Assembly (NCBI GenBank): GCA_963718875.1
Contig: OY970378.1
Span: 388,631-452,630, forward strand
DNA length: 64,000 nucleotides
Origin: Candidatus Parcubacteria bacterium
GTDB lineage: Bacteria > Patescibacteriota > Saccharimonadia > UBA4664 > JBIOIQ01
Reading direction: 5' to 3'
Shown here: positions 51,073 to 61,410 of the stretch, one piece after another
Layout of the letters: every line of letters starts with the position of its first letter
How positions within the stretch are numbered: position 1 is the stretch's first letter
Position numbers and translations under genes: made by a program
Notes under the pieces: generated by a model
What the model was told of the DNA's origin: nothing
The model's database searches: none
The model's input: only the letters and a program-made list of their open reading frames with translations

Positions 51073-51501
51073 ATGGCGGAGCCAAAACAATTGAGCTGGG
51101 ATGACGTTAATAGTTTGGTTAGTCAGATTGTTCAACAAATACAAAAAGGGTCGTGGCGGCCAGATGTGATTATTGGTATGAGTCGAGGAGGGTTTATACC
51201 GGCTACGATGATTGCTCAAAAGCTAGGAGTTAAATCACTAGTTGGACTTGATGTGGCCAAAGATTCTAACGGTGTAAGGTCACTGGGAAAATTAGTCAGA
51301 CTCAATGACTTGTCGCAACAAAACGTTTTGATAGTTGATGATTCAATAATTACGGGTAGGTTGCTAAGCTTGGCTGCAGGAGCTGTTCGAGCCAAAGGTG
51401 GCGATCCGCGTACCTGCGCTTTGATCTCAGAAGGGATTACTGCTGATCCGGATTACTTTGTAGAAACCCAGGCTCCGATACCAGTTTTCCCTTGGGAGTA
51501 A
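51073..51501 (+). CDS. Type I phosphoribosyltransferase (Gpt-like)
   Basis: LSWDD, GMSRGGFIPA, VLIVDDSIITG, PVFPWE. Confidence 0.85.
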   Translation: MAEPKQLSWDDVNSLVSQIVQQIQKGSWRPDVIIGMSRGGFIPATMIAQKLGVKSLVGLDVAKDSNGVRSLGKLVRLNDLSQQNVLIVDDSIITGRLLSLAAGAVRAKGGDPRTCALISEGITADPDYFVETQAPIPVFPWE

Positions 51502-51628
51502 ATAATTTAAGCGTGCCAACTAGACTTTTTTGACCACCATAAAGTAGTAGATAATAGTGCTGATCGGGTTGAAAAAAGGCACAAATGCCTGCTTGGCCCG
51601 GTTTTGTAACTGTCTCTTGAAGATTTGC

Positions 51629-51680
51629 TGGTGGAGATGACAGGAGTCGAACCTGCACCCTCCCGCCGCTGGAGGGATGC
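51629..51680 (-). other. Orphan tRNA/tmRNA-like 3' end (T-arm, acceptor strand, CCA)
   Basis: Minus strand ...GCAGGTTCGACTCCTGTCATCTCCACCA without a D-arm or matching 5' end nearby. Confidence 0.65.
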
Positions 51681-51700
51681 TCGAGAGCTTAGGCACGACC

Positions 51701-51776
51701 TGGTGGAGCATGTCGGGATCGAACCGACCACCTCCTGCTTGCAAAGCAGGCGCTCTACCGAATGAGCTAATGCCCC
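51701..51776 (-). tRNA. tRNA-Ala(TGC)
   Basis: GGGGCATTAGCTCA...CCTGC-TTTGCAA-GCAGG...TGCTCCACCA. Confidence 0.97.
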
Positions 51777-51861
51777 TCCAGCTCGTGCCTAATATATGAA
51801 TGAGCTTAGTGTGCAAAGGGCTCCAAGCTTCAATACTATGTTGCTTGATGTTTGACTTGCT

Positions 51862-51938
51862 TGGTGGGCGCACAGGGACTCGAACCCCGGACCTCGTCAT
51901 TATCAGTGACGCGCTCTAACCAGCTGAGCTATGCGCCC
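51862..51938 (-). tRNA. tRNA-Ile(GAT)
   Basis: GGGCGCATAGCTCAG...CGTCA-CTGATAA-TGACG...TGCGCCCACCA. Confidence 0.97.
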
Positions 51939-52055
51939 ACAATTGTGGGAGTGTCAAATTTTACCTGTGGCAGGTAGGTCAGGTACTGCTGGTTTCTTGT
52001 CTGGAACCTTGTAATTTAAGCAGAAATACGCTGGTTTCGCAAGGGTGGTTAAAAG

Positions 52056-53561
52056 TTAAACTTTTTCGAGTACAGCAGCTTCGGGCTGGTGAGTAGGCTT
52101 TGTGCGACCAATTGGAGAGGATGTGGGTTTGATGGAAGTAGCAACCTTGGCCTCTTGAGGTCCAAAACCAAAGGCTTTACTCAAAACTGGCCAAAACCAA
52201 AACGTCATCATGGCAATGTAGCCAAAATTAACCATGCCAAATAGTGTCAAATGATGGTCAACCAATACTGTTCGCCATATTATTATTGCCAGGCTGCCCC
52301 CAACCAGTAGTAAATGAGGAGCTGCTAAGCGAATATTCACCCTGTTAATTGGCCCGGTCTTGCGAGTTACGATATATCGAGGTTTTTTCTTCCTTAAAGC
52401 TAAAACAAGAGCTTTAAAATAGACGGGAAAGAGTGATACATAGTATTGGGCAGAAGCAAAACTACGCTCGTTTACAACGTAAACAAAAACGAGTAGGCAC
52501 ACGAGAGAGGGAATCCGTAAAATGGCATAAACAGTATCTCCGGTAAAGGCGGTTTGTCCAGTAATAAGAGTTAGAGCCGGTAAGCAAAATATTAGTGGCA
52601 CCGCGGTACCGGAAACTAGGTATGCCACCGATAATTCGCTGTAGTGAATGCGTTGGCGCCAAGTTAACTGGCGGTTTAAAAGCGGGTTTTTCCAGAAGAA
52701 AACGCGCAGAGTGTCTATACCCCAAGTGCCACGCTGTTTATAAATGGTGCCTAGGTCTAGAGGGGCGGTACCGGTAGTATAAGGCCGGTCGATGTAGAGG
52801 CTAGTAAAGCCATTTGAATGCATTAGGTATGATGTATATAAATCTTCAACTAAGTTCCAGGTGGGAAATTTGTCAATTTTCTCTAAAGCCGAGCGCCTGT
52901 AAAACACTCCAGAACCGGTTGAAATAGCGGCGTTGCAATTGTTTTTGCCCGGTTGAGCGTGATCGTAAAAAGCATGATCATGATTAAAGTCTTTAGGCGG
53001 TACTAGAAAGCGCTGTTTGGTTGTGACTATGGCTAATTTGGAGTCGGTGCCAAAGTAGCCGAGCAGATCTGTGGCAATTTGAGGCTCAACAACTTGGTCG
53101 GCATCAAGTACCAGTACGAATTTGCCGTCAGAGCGACCAAGCCCGTAGTTGAGGTTGCCAGATTTTGCGCCACCGTGCTCACTACGCGCCATATATGTGG
53201 CTTCATATTTATGTGCTAGTTTGGCTATTTGTGGGCGATTCCCGTCATCAAGTACGTAAACGTGCTTATTGTCATATTCAATCATGCTGGCGGCAGCAAG
53301 CGTGTCCTCAAACATTTCGAGTGGCTCATTGACGACGGTAATAAAAACATCAAGTGAGCCTGTTGGAGGTAAGGAGGTGGCTCCAACGTGTTTTTGTTGC
53401 CAATGGTTGATCATAAAAAATGCTAGTGCAGTGTAAAACAGTACTTCAGAGCCGAATAAAATGTGTCCTAGAACCCCTTGGGTATTAAGAGCTAGCCAAA
53501 ATACATAGGCTCCGTTTGTGGCTAATGTCAGTACTCCAAGAATTTTAATTTTGAGTGGCAT
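52056..53561 (-). CDS. Processive GT2 glycosyltransferase, cellulose synthase (BcsA)-like
   Basis: VLDDG, AKSGNLN, LDAD, VED, QRGTW; multiple TMs; no PilZ domain evident. Confidence 0.85.
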   Translation of the reverse strand: MPLKIKILGVLTLATNGAYVFWLALNTQGVLGHILFGSEVLFYTALAFFMINHWQQKHVGATSLPPTGSLDVFITVVNEPLEMFEDTLAAASMIEYDNKHVYVLDDGNRPQIAKLAHKYEATYMARSEHGGAKSGNLNYGLGRSDGKFVLVLDADQVVEPQIATDLLGYFGTDSKLAIVTTKQRFLVPPKDFNHDHAFYDHAQPGKNNCNAAISTGSGVFYRRSALEKIDKFPTWNLVEDLYTSYLMHSNGFTSLYIDRPYTTGTAPLDLGTIYKQRGTWGIDTLRVFFWKNPLLNRQLTWRQRIHYSELSVAYLVSGTAVPLIFCLPALTLITGQTAFTGDTVYAILRIPSLVCLLVFVYVVNERSFASAQYYVSLFPVYFKALVLALRKKKPRYIVTRKTGPINRVNIRLAAPHLLLVGGSLAIIIWRTVLVDHHLTLFGMVNFGYIAMMTFWFWPVLSKAFGFGPQEAKVATSIKPTSSPIGRTKPTHQPEAAVLEKV

Positions 53562-53650
53562 CTTAATAGGTTAACCTGAAATCCACTTCTTGCTCAAGCA
53601 TAAGCGTAAGTTAATGGTTCCATTAGAGCGGTTTTGGTACAATAACTGTA

Positions 53651-54082
53651 ATGTTTTTAACAAACCATACTCTGAGCGGTGCAGTACTAGCCCTGAATAT
53701 TCATAATCCAATACTACTGGCGCCTGCGGCTTTTATGTCGCACTTGGCTCTGGATAGTTTGCCGCATTTTGGCCATCCAGGGCTTAGCTTTAAAAGATTG
53801 CCCGGTACGGCTATTGCCGCCGTTGATTGTGCCTTGGCTCTCACAAGCTACCTACTGATCATTAATCATTGGCCTAGTCACTGGTTTATAATTACTATTG
53901 GTATTTTTTTTGCTTGTTTACCAGACTTACTTTATATACCTGAAGTTTTTTTTAATATTCGCTTATGGAAAAGCTTATATACGTTGCATCATGCCGTGCA
54001 ATGGGGGGAATTTCCAGGCGGAGTAGCTATCGAGGGTATCTGGGCAGCGGCAATGCTACATTTGTTGCGGGGATTACATTAG
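53651..54082 (+). CDS. Membrane-bound metal-dependent hydrolase-like protein
   Basis: H, SHLALDSLPH, LPD, HHAVQW motifs. Confidence 0.65.
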   Translation: MFLTNHTLSGAVLALNIHNPILLAPAAFMSHLALDSLPHFGHPGLSFKRLPGTAIAAVDCALALTSYLLIINHWPSHWFIITIGIFFACLPDLLYIPEVFFNIRLWKSLYTLHHAVQWGEFPGGVAIEGIWAAAMLHLLRGLH

Positions 54083-54453
54083 GGATTTTCGGGTTTTCCC
54101 CTGCCTTTTTCGAGCGATTCTCTAGCAGCCTTCATGGCACCCTTGCGGGTTTGGGTGGGCGGCTTGTTTGAAGATTTGGCGGGGATATCGGGTCTAGAGT
54201 CTGGGTTTAAGATGGCTCGGATACGAGCGGTTGTTTCAAGGCTATTTATGCGGCTTCCTGTCGCGTTAACCCAACGCCGCTGCGGATTCGTCTGGTTGTA
54301 ATGATTCAGGATTGCTCATCTAGCTCATACTATAATAAACATCAGCCTTAAACCACAAAAATGTGTAAAAAAGTACTAGCAAAAAAATTACCACAAGCGC
54401 TATAATAAAAGTCCAGTTCGATAAAAGTAGATAAAAAACATTAGGAGGGGAAC

Positions 54454-54579
54454 ATGTTCGAGAACGATCAGAAGCAAGACCAGTCACAGGCGCCCGTAAT
54501 CAGTTTACCAGATGATATTGATACCAAAGAAATTAAACTTTGTCGTATTGATGACCCAAATTGCGAGTCTTGCCAATAG
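54454..54579 (+). CDS. 41-aa peptide ending CRIDDPNCESCQ (RNR alpha C-terminal tail-like)
   Basis: TATAAT at 54401, SD AGGAGGGG, hairpin/U-tract downstream. Confidence 0.72.
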   Translation: MFENDQKQDQSQAPVISLPDDIDTKEIKLCRIDDPNCESCQ

Positions 54580-54753
54580 CCTAAAAAGCAACAAAAAACA
54601 AAAACGTACCTACAGTCTAGTGGGGCGTTTTTTTTGTTGGATCAGTGTTATTGCTGGGCAAAATTTCTAAGTAAGAGCTTGCGCTTCGCAGAGATGTTTT
54701 ATTGTAGTCGCTGTTAGTGAAAGCTATAATGCAAGCATAATGGCGGAGGCAGT

Positions 54754-55179
54754 ATGGCGCATGAGGTACAAGAAGGCGAAGTAGTGGAGACAGAACAGCC
54801 AACGCGTGATCCCAAACGGACATGGCGCTATAACAGCTGGATTTCTGGGTTTGTGCTGGTTGTGATAGGCATAATGGTGTTATTGCAAAACTACGGTGTA
54901 GTGACTTTTGTGAGTATTCATAATTGGTGGGCATTATTTATTTTGATCCCTACTTTAGGTGCTTGGAGTACGGCGCTCGGCATGTACTTGGCCAATGGGC
55001 GCAAACTTAACCGCGCGGTGCTGGGGGTGGCTTACGGCGGAGTGTGGCCGTTGTTTATTTCAATTGTATTCTTATTTGATTTGGATTGGGGCAGAGTTTG
55101 GCCATTCTTTTTGATTTTGGCTGGGGTTAGTTCGCTGATCTGGGGCGGTAGGAACAAACACTCGCATCGGCACGAGTAG
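54754..55179 (+). CDS. LiaF/LiaI-like membrane protein
   Basis: G..LV.IG...LLQN, NWWALFILIP, WPFFLILAG. Confidence 0.7.
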   Translation: MAHEVQEGEVVETEQPTRDPKRTWRYNSWISGFVLVVIGIMVLLQNYGVVTFVSIHNWWALFILIPTLGAWSTALGMYLANGRKLNRAVLGVAYGGVWPLFISIVFLFDLDWGRVWPFFLILAGVSSLIWGGRNKHSHRHE

Positions 55180-55204
55180 TAGTCTGATCGATTCTACCCC
55201 TTGA

Positions 55205-55310
55205 CTGTCATCCCGGATCGGAAGCCGAGCCGAACCATTCTGTAGCTCGGTGCTCCGGATCCGGGATCTTTTAACTGTATTCACTACCTGGCCTTTCGAC
55301 AAACTCAGGG
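55205..55310. repeat. REP-like palindromic element related to one inside the 23S insertion
   Basis: CTGTCATCCCG, GGGATCT and TTTCGACAAACTCA blocks match the reverse complement of 60339-60419. Confidence 0.7.
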
Positions 55311-55418
55311 AATAAGCGTTAAATTAAACCATAACAACTTTGTTGTCAGCTATTATTTACACATTTTACTTGCAGTGGTATAACAATGGGACAACCAGTC
55401 CGCCGATCAAGGTGAGGG

Positions 55419-55787
55419 ATGATGAGTGAGTGGAGTTTGGTCGTGGAGACGCGATTTCAGGTGGAGGATCTACTTGGATCGACTCGGGCGTCGCAAGAGA
55501 CACGAGAAGAAGTTCTGACCCTTCTAGACGGCAAAGTGGTAGAAATCCTCAAGCCATTTGTGCTGAGGGCCGTCATGAATGTCTGTGATTCAGAGCATCT
55601 AGATGTATCCTTGGGGGAAGTTCGTACACGGCTGGTGCAGCTGGGATTTTCTCAAGTGACATTGAGCGATGTGGACATTCTGGTTGCGTTCAAGCAGCTG
55701 GAAGTCGAGGGCGAGCTGCGGATCCGTAAGGAAAATGGCGATATTGTCATCCGGGTTGTTCCGATTGCATTTCCAATCAACCGGTAG
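55419..55787 (+). CDS. Small protein with winged-helix-like C-terminus
   Basis: ILVAFKQLEVEGELRI; SD-like GAGGGA. Confidence 0.6.
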   Translation: MMSEWSLVVETRFQVEDLLGSTRASQETREEVLTLLDGKVVEILKPFVLRAVMNVCDSEHLDVSLGEVRTRLVQLGFSQVTLSDVDILVAFKQLEVEGELRIRKENGDIVIRVVPIAFPINR

Positions 55788-55857
55788 TTTTGCGAAAGCT
55801 TGTATCGTTGAAATGGCCACTCCGGCCGTTGGGCTCATCGAGAGAAGAGGTTAGGCT

Positions 55858-56199
55858 ATGAGTGCTGTAGAATCGGTTCTGGATCTGTTGCAGCGTCGGC
55901 AGCAAGGTCCGGTGGACGAGAAAGCATTGGTTCAGGTGCTGGTGGTGCTGATCGAGCAGTGGCTCTCCGCAGAACTTTCAGAGAAGTCGCCCAGAACATG
56001 GGTCGGTAGTGTCAGGGGGATTATCATAAATCTGGAACGGCGGCATCCCGAGTTGACAGACCTTCTGGACGAAGAGGATGTGCGCAGGGCATTGGTTCCG
56101 CTGCTTCGGGAAGGGATTCTCGAGGCCCCGGCAAGTGAGGACAGGGATCTTCACGGCAGCCCCACCCTTTATATAGCTCGCTCAGGAGTGAGGGCGTAA
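55858..56199 (+). CDS. Small protein with winged-helix-like C-terminus
   Basis: VRRALVPLLREGILE; SD GAGG. Confidence 0.6.
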   Translation: MSAVESVLDLLQRRQQGPVDEKALVQVLVVLIEQWLSAELSEKSPRTWVGSVRGIIINLERRHPELTDLLDEEDVRRALVPLLREGILEAPASEDRDLHGSPTLYIARSGVRA

Positions 56200-56267
56200 C
56201 ATGTTTGTTGCGTAGTTTATCCGGTCATTCCGGCTGCAAATGTAGCATACGACAAGGGAGATGAGAG

Positions 56268-56609
56268 ATGGTAAGTGCATTGGACAGGTTTCCCTATATC
56301 TGGGGGGTCCGAAACAGGACTCTAGCTGCAGTACGAAGCGAACAAGATGCTTTGGCGGCCTTCCATCTGGCTGAGGTCGTCAGAGAGTTCCTTCGCGGTC
56401 TCGGGAAGGAAGTCGAGTTTCAGGGGCTTGAGCTCTACGCTAGGCTCTTTCATCACAACGAGACTCGGGCGGAAATGACCGCCAACGACGCCGACGCCGT
56501 CTTTGTCGGGGCGCTCGAAAAGATGGTTAAGGACGGAGAATTGTTCTGGGGGAGAGAAGGGGGATGGTATCACTGGCGCCCCTCGGTTCCCAGCGCATCG
56601 ACTAGTTGA
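56268..56609 (+). CDS. Small protein with winged-helix-like C-terminus
   Basis: FVGALEKMVKDGELF; SD AGGGAG. Confidence 0.6.
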   Translation: MVSALDRFPYIWGVRNRTLAAVRSEQDALAAFHLAEVVREFLRGLGKEVEFQGLELYARLFHHNETRAEMTANDADAVFVGALEKMVKDGELFWGREGGWYHWRPSVPSASTS

Positions 56610-56626
56610 TGATCGACATGAGAGGA

Positions 56627-56677
56627 TGCTCTTTCGGCCTGCCACTGGGGTGGGCCGAAAGAGCAGTTTTTATTTTT
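56627..56677 (+). terminator. Intrinsic terminator
   Basis: GCTCTTTCGGCC...GGCCGAAAGAGC plus T-rich tail. Confidence 0.75.
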
Positions 56678-56784
56678 GACGATAAACCGATGGATATGCA
56701 TTGTTTTTGAATCGTGTTATAACTCTAAAGCAAGTGGGATACTATTCTGGGCCTAATGCAATATCGGACGAAAAGGGAGCAAGG

Positions 56785-57222
56785 ATGGTTCAGCAGGTGG
56801 CAGTGTCAGGTGATGTGAGCGCTGAGCTGATGGTTCGGCTGAGGAGGCTCGTCAGCGATTACCAGGGGTACGGTGTGAGTACCGTGTTGGTCTGGTGGGC
56901 GCTCGGCCGCATTCGCAAGGCCATGGGTCCTGCAGGTAACTCCATCAGTGGGCGAGAGTTCGTACTGGCTTTGCGTCAGCTCGAAGCTGCTGGCAAGGTG
57001 ACGGCGGTAAGGCTGGAGGGATCAAAACCAACCTTCGAGATTACGGATGTATGGCGGCCCCGGAGTGGCCCCTTCTGGGGGAGTCCGGTGTTGGCTAGTC
57101 CAGTGAAGCACAGTTCCTCAGGACCACAAAGCTCCTCAAGGGCATCAAGCGCGAGCGACCAGCGGTCGCGACTTTACCGCGAAGAGGATCTCTACTCGAG
57201 TACTTATGTGAATAGCTGGTAG
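56785..57222 (+). CDS. Small protein with winged-helix-like motif
   Basis: FVLALRQLEAAGKVT; SD AAGGGAG; hairpin downstream. Confidence 0.55.
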   Translation: MVQQVAVSGDVSAELMVRLRRLVSDYQGYGVSTVLVWWALGRIRKAMGPAGNSISGREFVLALRQLEAAGKVTAVRLEGSKPTFEITDVWRPRSGPFWGSPVLASPVKHSSSGPQSSSRASSASDQRSRLYREEDLYSSTYVNSW

Positions 57223-57289
57223 AAGCAGGTTCCTGCGGTCCCTTTGTTTTTGGTACCGCAGGAACCATCGGTTTTGTTCAAAATGGGTC

Positions 57290-57319
57290 TTGACCCTAGA
57301 ATCACTCCTGTGATAAACT
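57290..57319 (+). promoter_or_regulatory. Promoter of the 23S-5S unit
   Basis: TTGACC...TGATAAACT (extended -10). Confidence 0.6.
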
Positions 57320-59601
57320 TTTGAAAGGTCAAATTGGAGTTCACGTATGAGTAGACAACTAACCAGTCGTAACGGAGAGCACATTCTCTAGCGTAAGTAA
57401 GTTGCCTTTTTTAATGTGAGCTCCGCGCCAATACCGCGGAGTTTTTGAATCTTAACAAACAACGGCCCTTTCATTTGGTGCATTTCGTCGTCAGATCCTC
57501 CGTTCCGCATTCGACGTAGGTCAAACTACGCCTCATTTGCGGTACTCGGCTATTCCTAGAACTACACTCAACTGAAAGTCCCTACCGTTTATAAGTAAAT
57601 TTTAAGATTAGCGCTTGATTAAACCAAAAGCGTTAATCTGGGTAAACTGTTGTACCGTACTGGTATAACAGTAAAATGACAATTTCAACCGATCCGCCGA
57701 CAAAGCGGATCAACAAATGTGTATTAGCAATTTGTCTTTACAAATTGCTAGTCAAATTCTTGTAAGAAAGTTACTTAAGGGCGCATGAAGGATGCCTTGA
57801 CGTAAAGTACCGATGAAGGGCGTAGAAGGCTGCGATAAGCCTCGGTGAGCTGCCAATCAAGCTTTGACCCGGGGATTTCCGAATGGGGCAACCCAGTATG
57901 GGTAATACCGTACTACCATTACCTGAATATATAGGGTAATCGGAGGGCACGCTGTGAACTGAAACATCTTAGTAGCAGCAGGAAGAGAGAGAAACCTCAA
58001 TTCCCCAAGTAGCGGCGAGCGAAACGGGAAGAGCCAAAACTTTTTAATTTTTTGCATGTTAACTCATGCAAATAAGCTGACAGGCGAATAGTTAAAAAGG
58101 GTTGTGAGAAACAAACGACCATTAAAGAACGCTGTTCTGATAATCTGAAAAGCGGTCTTTAATGCGACAGCGCACTGTCATGGTGCTGGTAAGGTAAAAA
58201 AATTAGAGCTTAGTGGAAGGATCTGGAAAGGTTCGCCAAAGAGAGTGAAAGCCTCGTACATAAAAATCTCTAGTCCTTATGTTTGTTTTCTCGAGTAGGT
58301 CGGGACACGTGAAACCCTGACTGAATCTAGGAGGACCACCTCCTAAGGCTAAATATACTTTACGATCGATAGCGAACAAGTACCGTGAGGGAAAGGCGAA
58401 AAGAACCCCGGAAGGGGAGTGAAATAGAACCTGAAATCATGTGCCTACAATGAGTCAGAGCAGATTTATTCTGTGATGGCGTGCTTTTTGTAGAACGATC
58501 CAGCGAGTTAATTTACGCAGCGTTAGGTTAAGGCAGATGCCGGAGCCGTAGTGAAAGCGAGGGTTAATAACCCGAATTAGTTACGTGTATTAGACCCGAA
58601 ACCGAGTGATCTAACCATGGGCAGGCTGAAGCGTAGGTAACACTACGTGGAGGGCCGAACCAGGGACAGTTACAAATGTCTTGGATGACCTGTGGTTAGC
58701 GGAGAAATTCCAATCGAACTCGGAGATAGCTGGTTCTCGTCGAAATAGCTTTAGGGCTAGCGTCATAAACTACCTCCTGGGGGTAGAGCTCTGTTTGGGT
58801 TAGGGTCCGCAAGGATACCACGCCCTGGCAAACTACGAATACCGGGAGAGACTATTATGGCAGTCAGAAAGTGGGGGCTAAGCTCCATTTTCAAAAGGAA
58901 AACAGTCCAGACCGCCGTCTAAGGCCCCTAAATCTCAGCTAAGTGGGAAACGATGTGGGGATGCATAAACAACCAGGATGTGGGCTTAGAAGCAGCCATG
59001 CATTTAAAGAGTGCGTAACAGCTCACTGGTCAATTGTGATCCTGCGCGGAAAATATAACGGGGCTCAAGCTGAGTGCCGAAGACGCGGACTTCTTCTGAT
59101 TTATCAGAAGGATTGGTAGACGAGCGTTCCTCATGCAGTGAAGCCGAGCCGGAAGGCGAGGTGGAGCGTGGGGAAGTGAGAATGCTGGAATAAGTAACTA
59201 TAAGACAGGTGAGAATCCTGTCCACCGAAAGAGCAAGGTTTCCTGGGCAACGGTTATCGTCCCAGGGTTAGTCGGGCCTAAGCCGAGGCGAGTAGCGTAG
59301 GCGATGGACAACGGGTTAATATTCCCGTACCGGCGACGATTTAGTATGCGGTTCGCGGAGCCGAACCCAAAGCGGATTTTTGGCTATATCCGTCTAACTG
59401 ACTGTTAAGGTCAGGAATGCAATGCCCGTAAAAGGGTAGAGTTTGGGATACGCTCTGACCAGAAAAGCTAGCATACATGTGATCGTAGTCGCCCGTACCG
59501 CAAACCGACTCAGGTGCTCAGGTCGAGAAGACCAAGGTGTACGAGAGAACCCTCGTTAAGGAACTCGGCAATACAGCGACCGTAACTTCGGGATAAGGTC
59601 T

Positions 59602-59767
59602 GCCGGGGCGCTCTTCATTATGTGAAGAGCAATCCAAAACAATTTTCATTTTTTCTTAAGCTTGACAACACTCTTTACAAGAAGTGGACTAGAGCTTACT
59701 GCAAAAAATACAACCTCAAAGAGAAGTGTAAAATTGCTGCTCATTGCATAGCGATGAGCGTCTCGGC
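59602..59767 (+). other. 23S insertion 1 (about helix 63 region)
   Basis: AT-rich insert closed by GCCGGGGCGCTC/GAGCGTCTCGGC. Confidence 0.75.
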
Positions 59768-59928
59768 TGCAACAAAAGAGCCCATGCGACTGTTTAGCAA
59801 AAACACAGGTCTGTGCTAAAGCGAAAGCTGATGTATACGGACTGACGCCTGCCCGGTGCTGGAAGGTTAAGTGGTGGAGTGCAAGCTCTAAAATGAAGCC
59901 CCAGTAAACGGCGGCGATAACTATAATC

Positions 59929-59977
<49 letters not shown>

Positions 59978-60207
59978 TGGCGTAACGATATGGGCACTGT
60001 CTCAACGAGGGACTCGGTGAAATTGCAATAGCGGTAAAGATGCCGTTTACCCGCACCAAGACGGAAAGACCCCGTGGAGCTTTACTACAACTTGGCATTG
60101 GGCCGAGCTATAGTATGTGTAGCATAGGTGGGAGGCTTTGAAGCGTCGGCGTTAGCTGACGTGGAGCCACCAGTGAAATACCACCCTTACTCTAGTTTGT
60201 GTCCTAA

Positions 60208-60462
60208 CCAGTGCCGCAATTTGCGGACAATCGTAGAAATATGGTTAGTTGGACCAAAGTAGTAAATCCTAAAGTTATAACTAACTTTAGGCTCCAAATG
60301 GTCCGACTACAAATACTTTCAAAAACAACACAACTTAGCTGTCATGTTGAGCTTGTCGAAACATCTATGCTGGATTTTATAAATCGAGATAGATCCCTCG
60401 GCTACGCTCGGGATGACAGATAAAGTTCTTGTTAAGCGATTGCCCATAAATTCCGGCACTGG
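60208..60462 (+). other. 23S insertion 2 (about helix 79 region)
   Basis: Closed by CCAGTGCCG/CGGCACTGG; contains a REP-like element. Confidence 0.8.
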
Positions 60463-60831
60463 AACAGTGTCTGGCGGGTAGTTTAACTGGGGCGGTTGCC
60501 TCCTAAAGAGTAACGGAGGCGTTCAAAGGTTGGCTAGGTTCGGATGGAAATCGAACCGATAGTGCAAACGCATAAGCCAGCTTGACTGTGAGACTTACAA
60601 GTCGATCAGGTACGAAAGTAGGAGTTAGTGATCCGCTGCAACATTTCCCAAGTTTACTTGGGATCGAATGTGGAATCTGCAGCGCTCAACGGACAAAAGT
60701 TACCCCGGGGATAACAGGCTTATAGCGCCCAAGCGTCCACAGCGACGGCGCTGTTTGGCACCTCGATGTCGGCTCGTCCTATCCTGGGGGGGTAGCCCCT
60801 CCCAAGGGTTTGGCTGTTCGCCAATGAAAAG

Positions 60832-60879
<48 letters not shown>

Positions 60880-61410
60880 TGGTGTGGGCGTAAGGAAATT
60901 TGAGAGGAGTGACTCCTAGTACGAGAGGACCGGAGTGAACGAACCTCTGGTGTATCGGTTGTTCTGCCAAGGGCATTGCCGAGTAGCTACGTTCGGACGA
61001 GATAAGCGCTGAAAGCATATAAGCGCGAAACTTACCTCAAGATGAGATTTCCCAATCAGACTCCACGAAGACTACGTGGTTGATAGGCACTAGGTGTAAG
61101 CGCAGTAATGCGTTCAGCCGAGGTGTACTAATAAGTCGATCGATTTTTTTACAACACTTTCTATTGTCATATTGGATGAAAGTTCAAGATGATAGTGAAA
61201 GTGCCGATTTGACTAGCAATTTGTGACGACAACGTCATTTACAACCCAAATTAAAATTTACGATAAGTTTCATTTCACAAAGTTTTTCGAAGTATCATTT
61301 AGGACTACAGCAATAGTTGGCGTTCGAAAATGGAAAGTGAAAATTGTATAAATGAGATTGACTGGGCAAAAGCCCCAGTCTCTATGGGAGAAATTATTCG
61401 CCCAGTGAGG

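Noticed and set aside
51437-51900. ORFs overlapping the tRNA genes
   Set aside because: Translations of tRNA sequence
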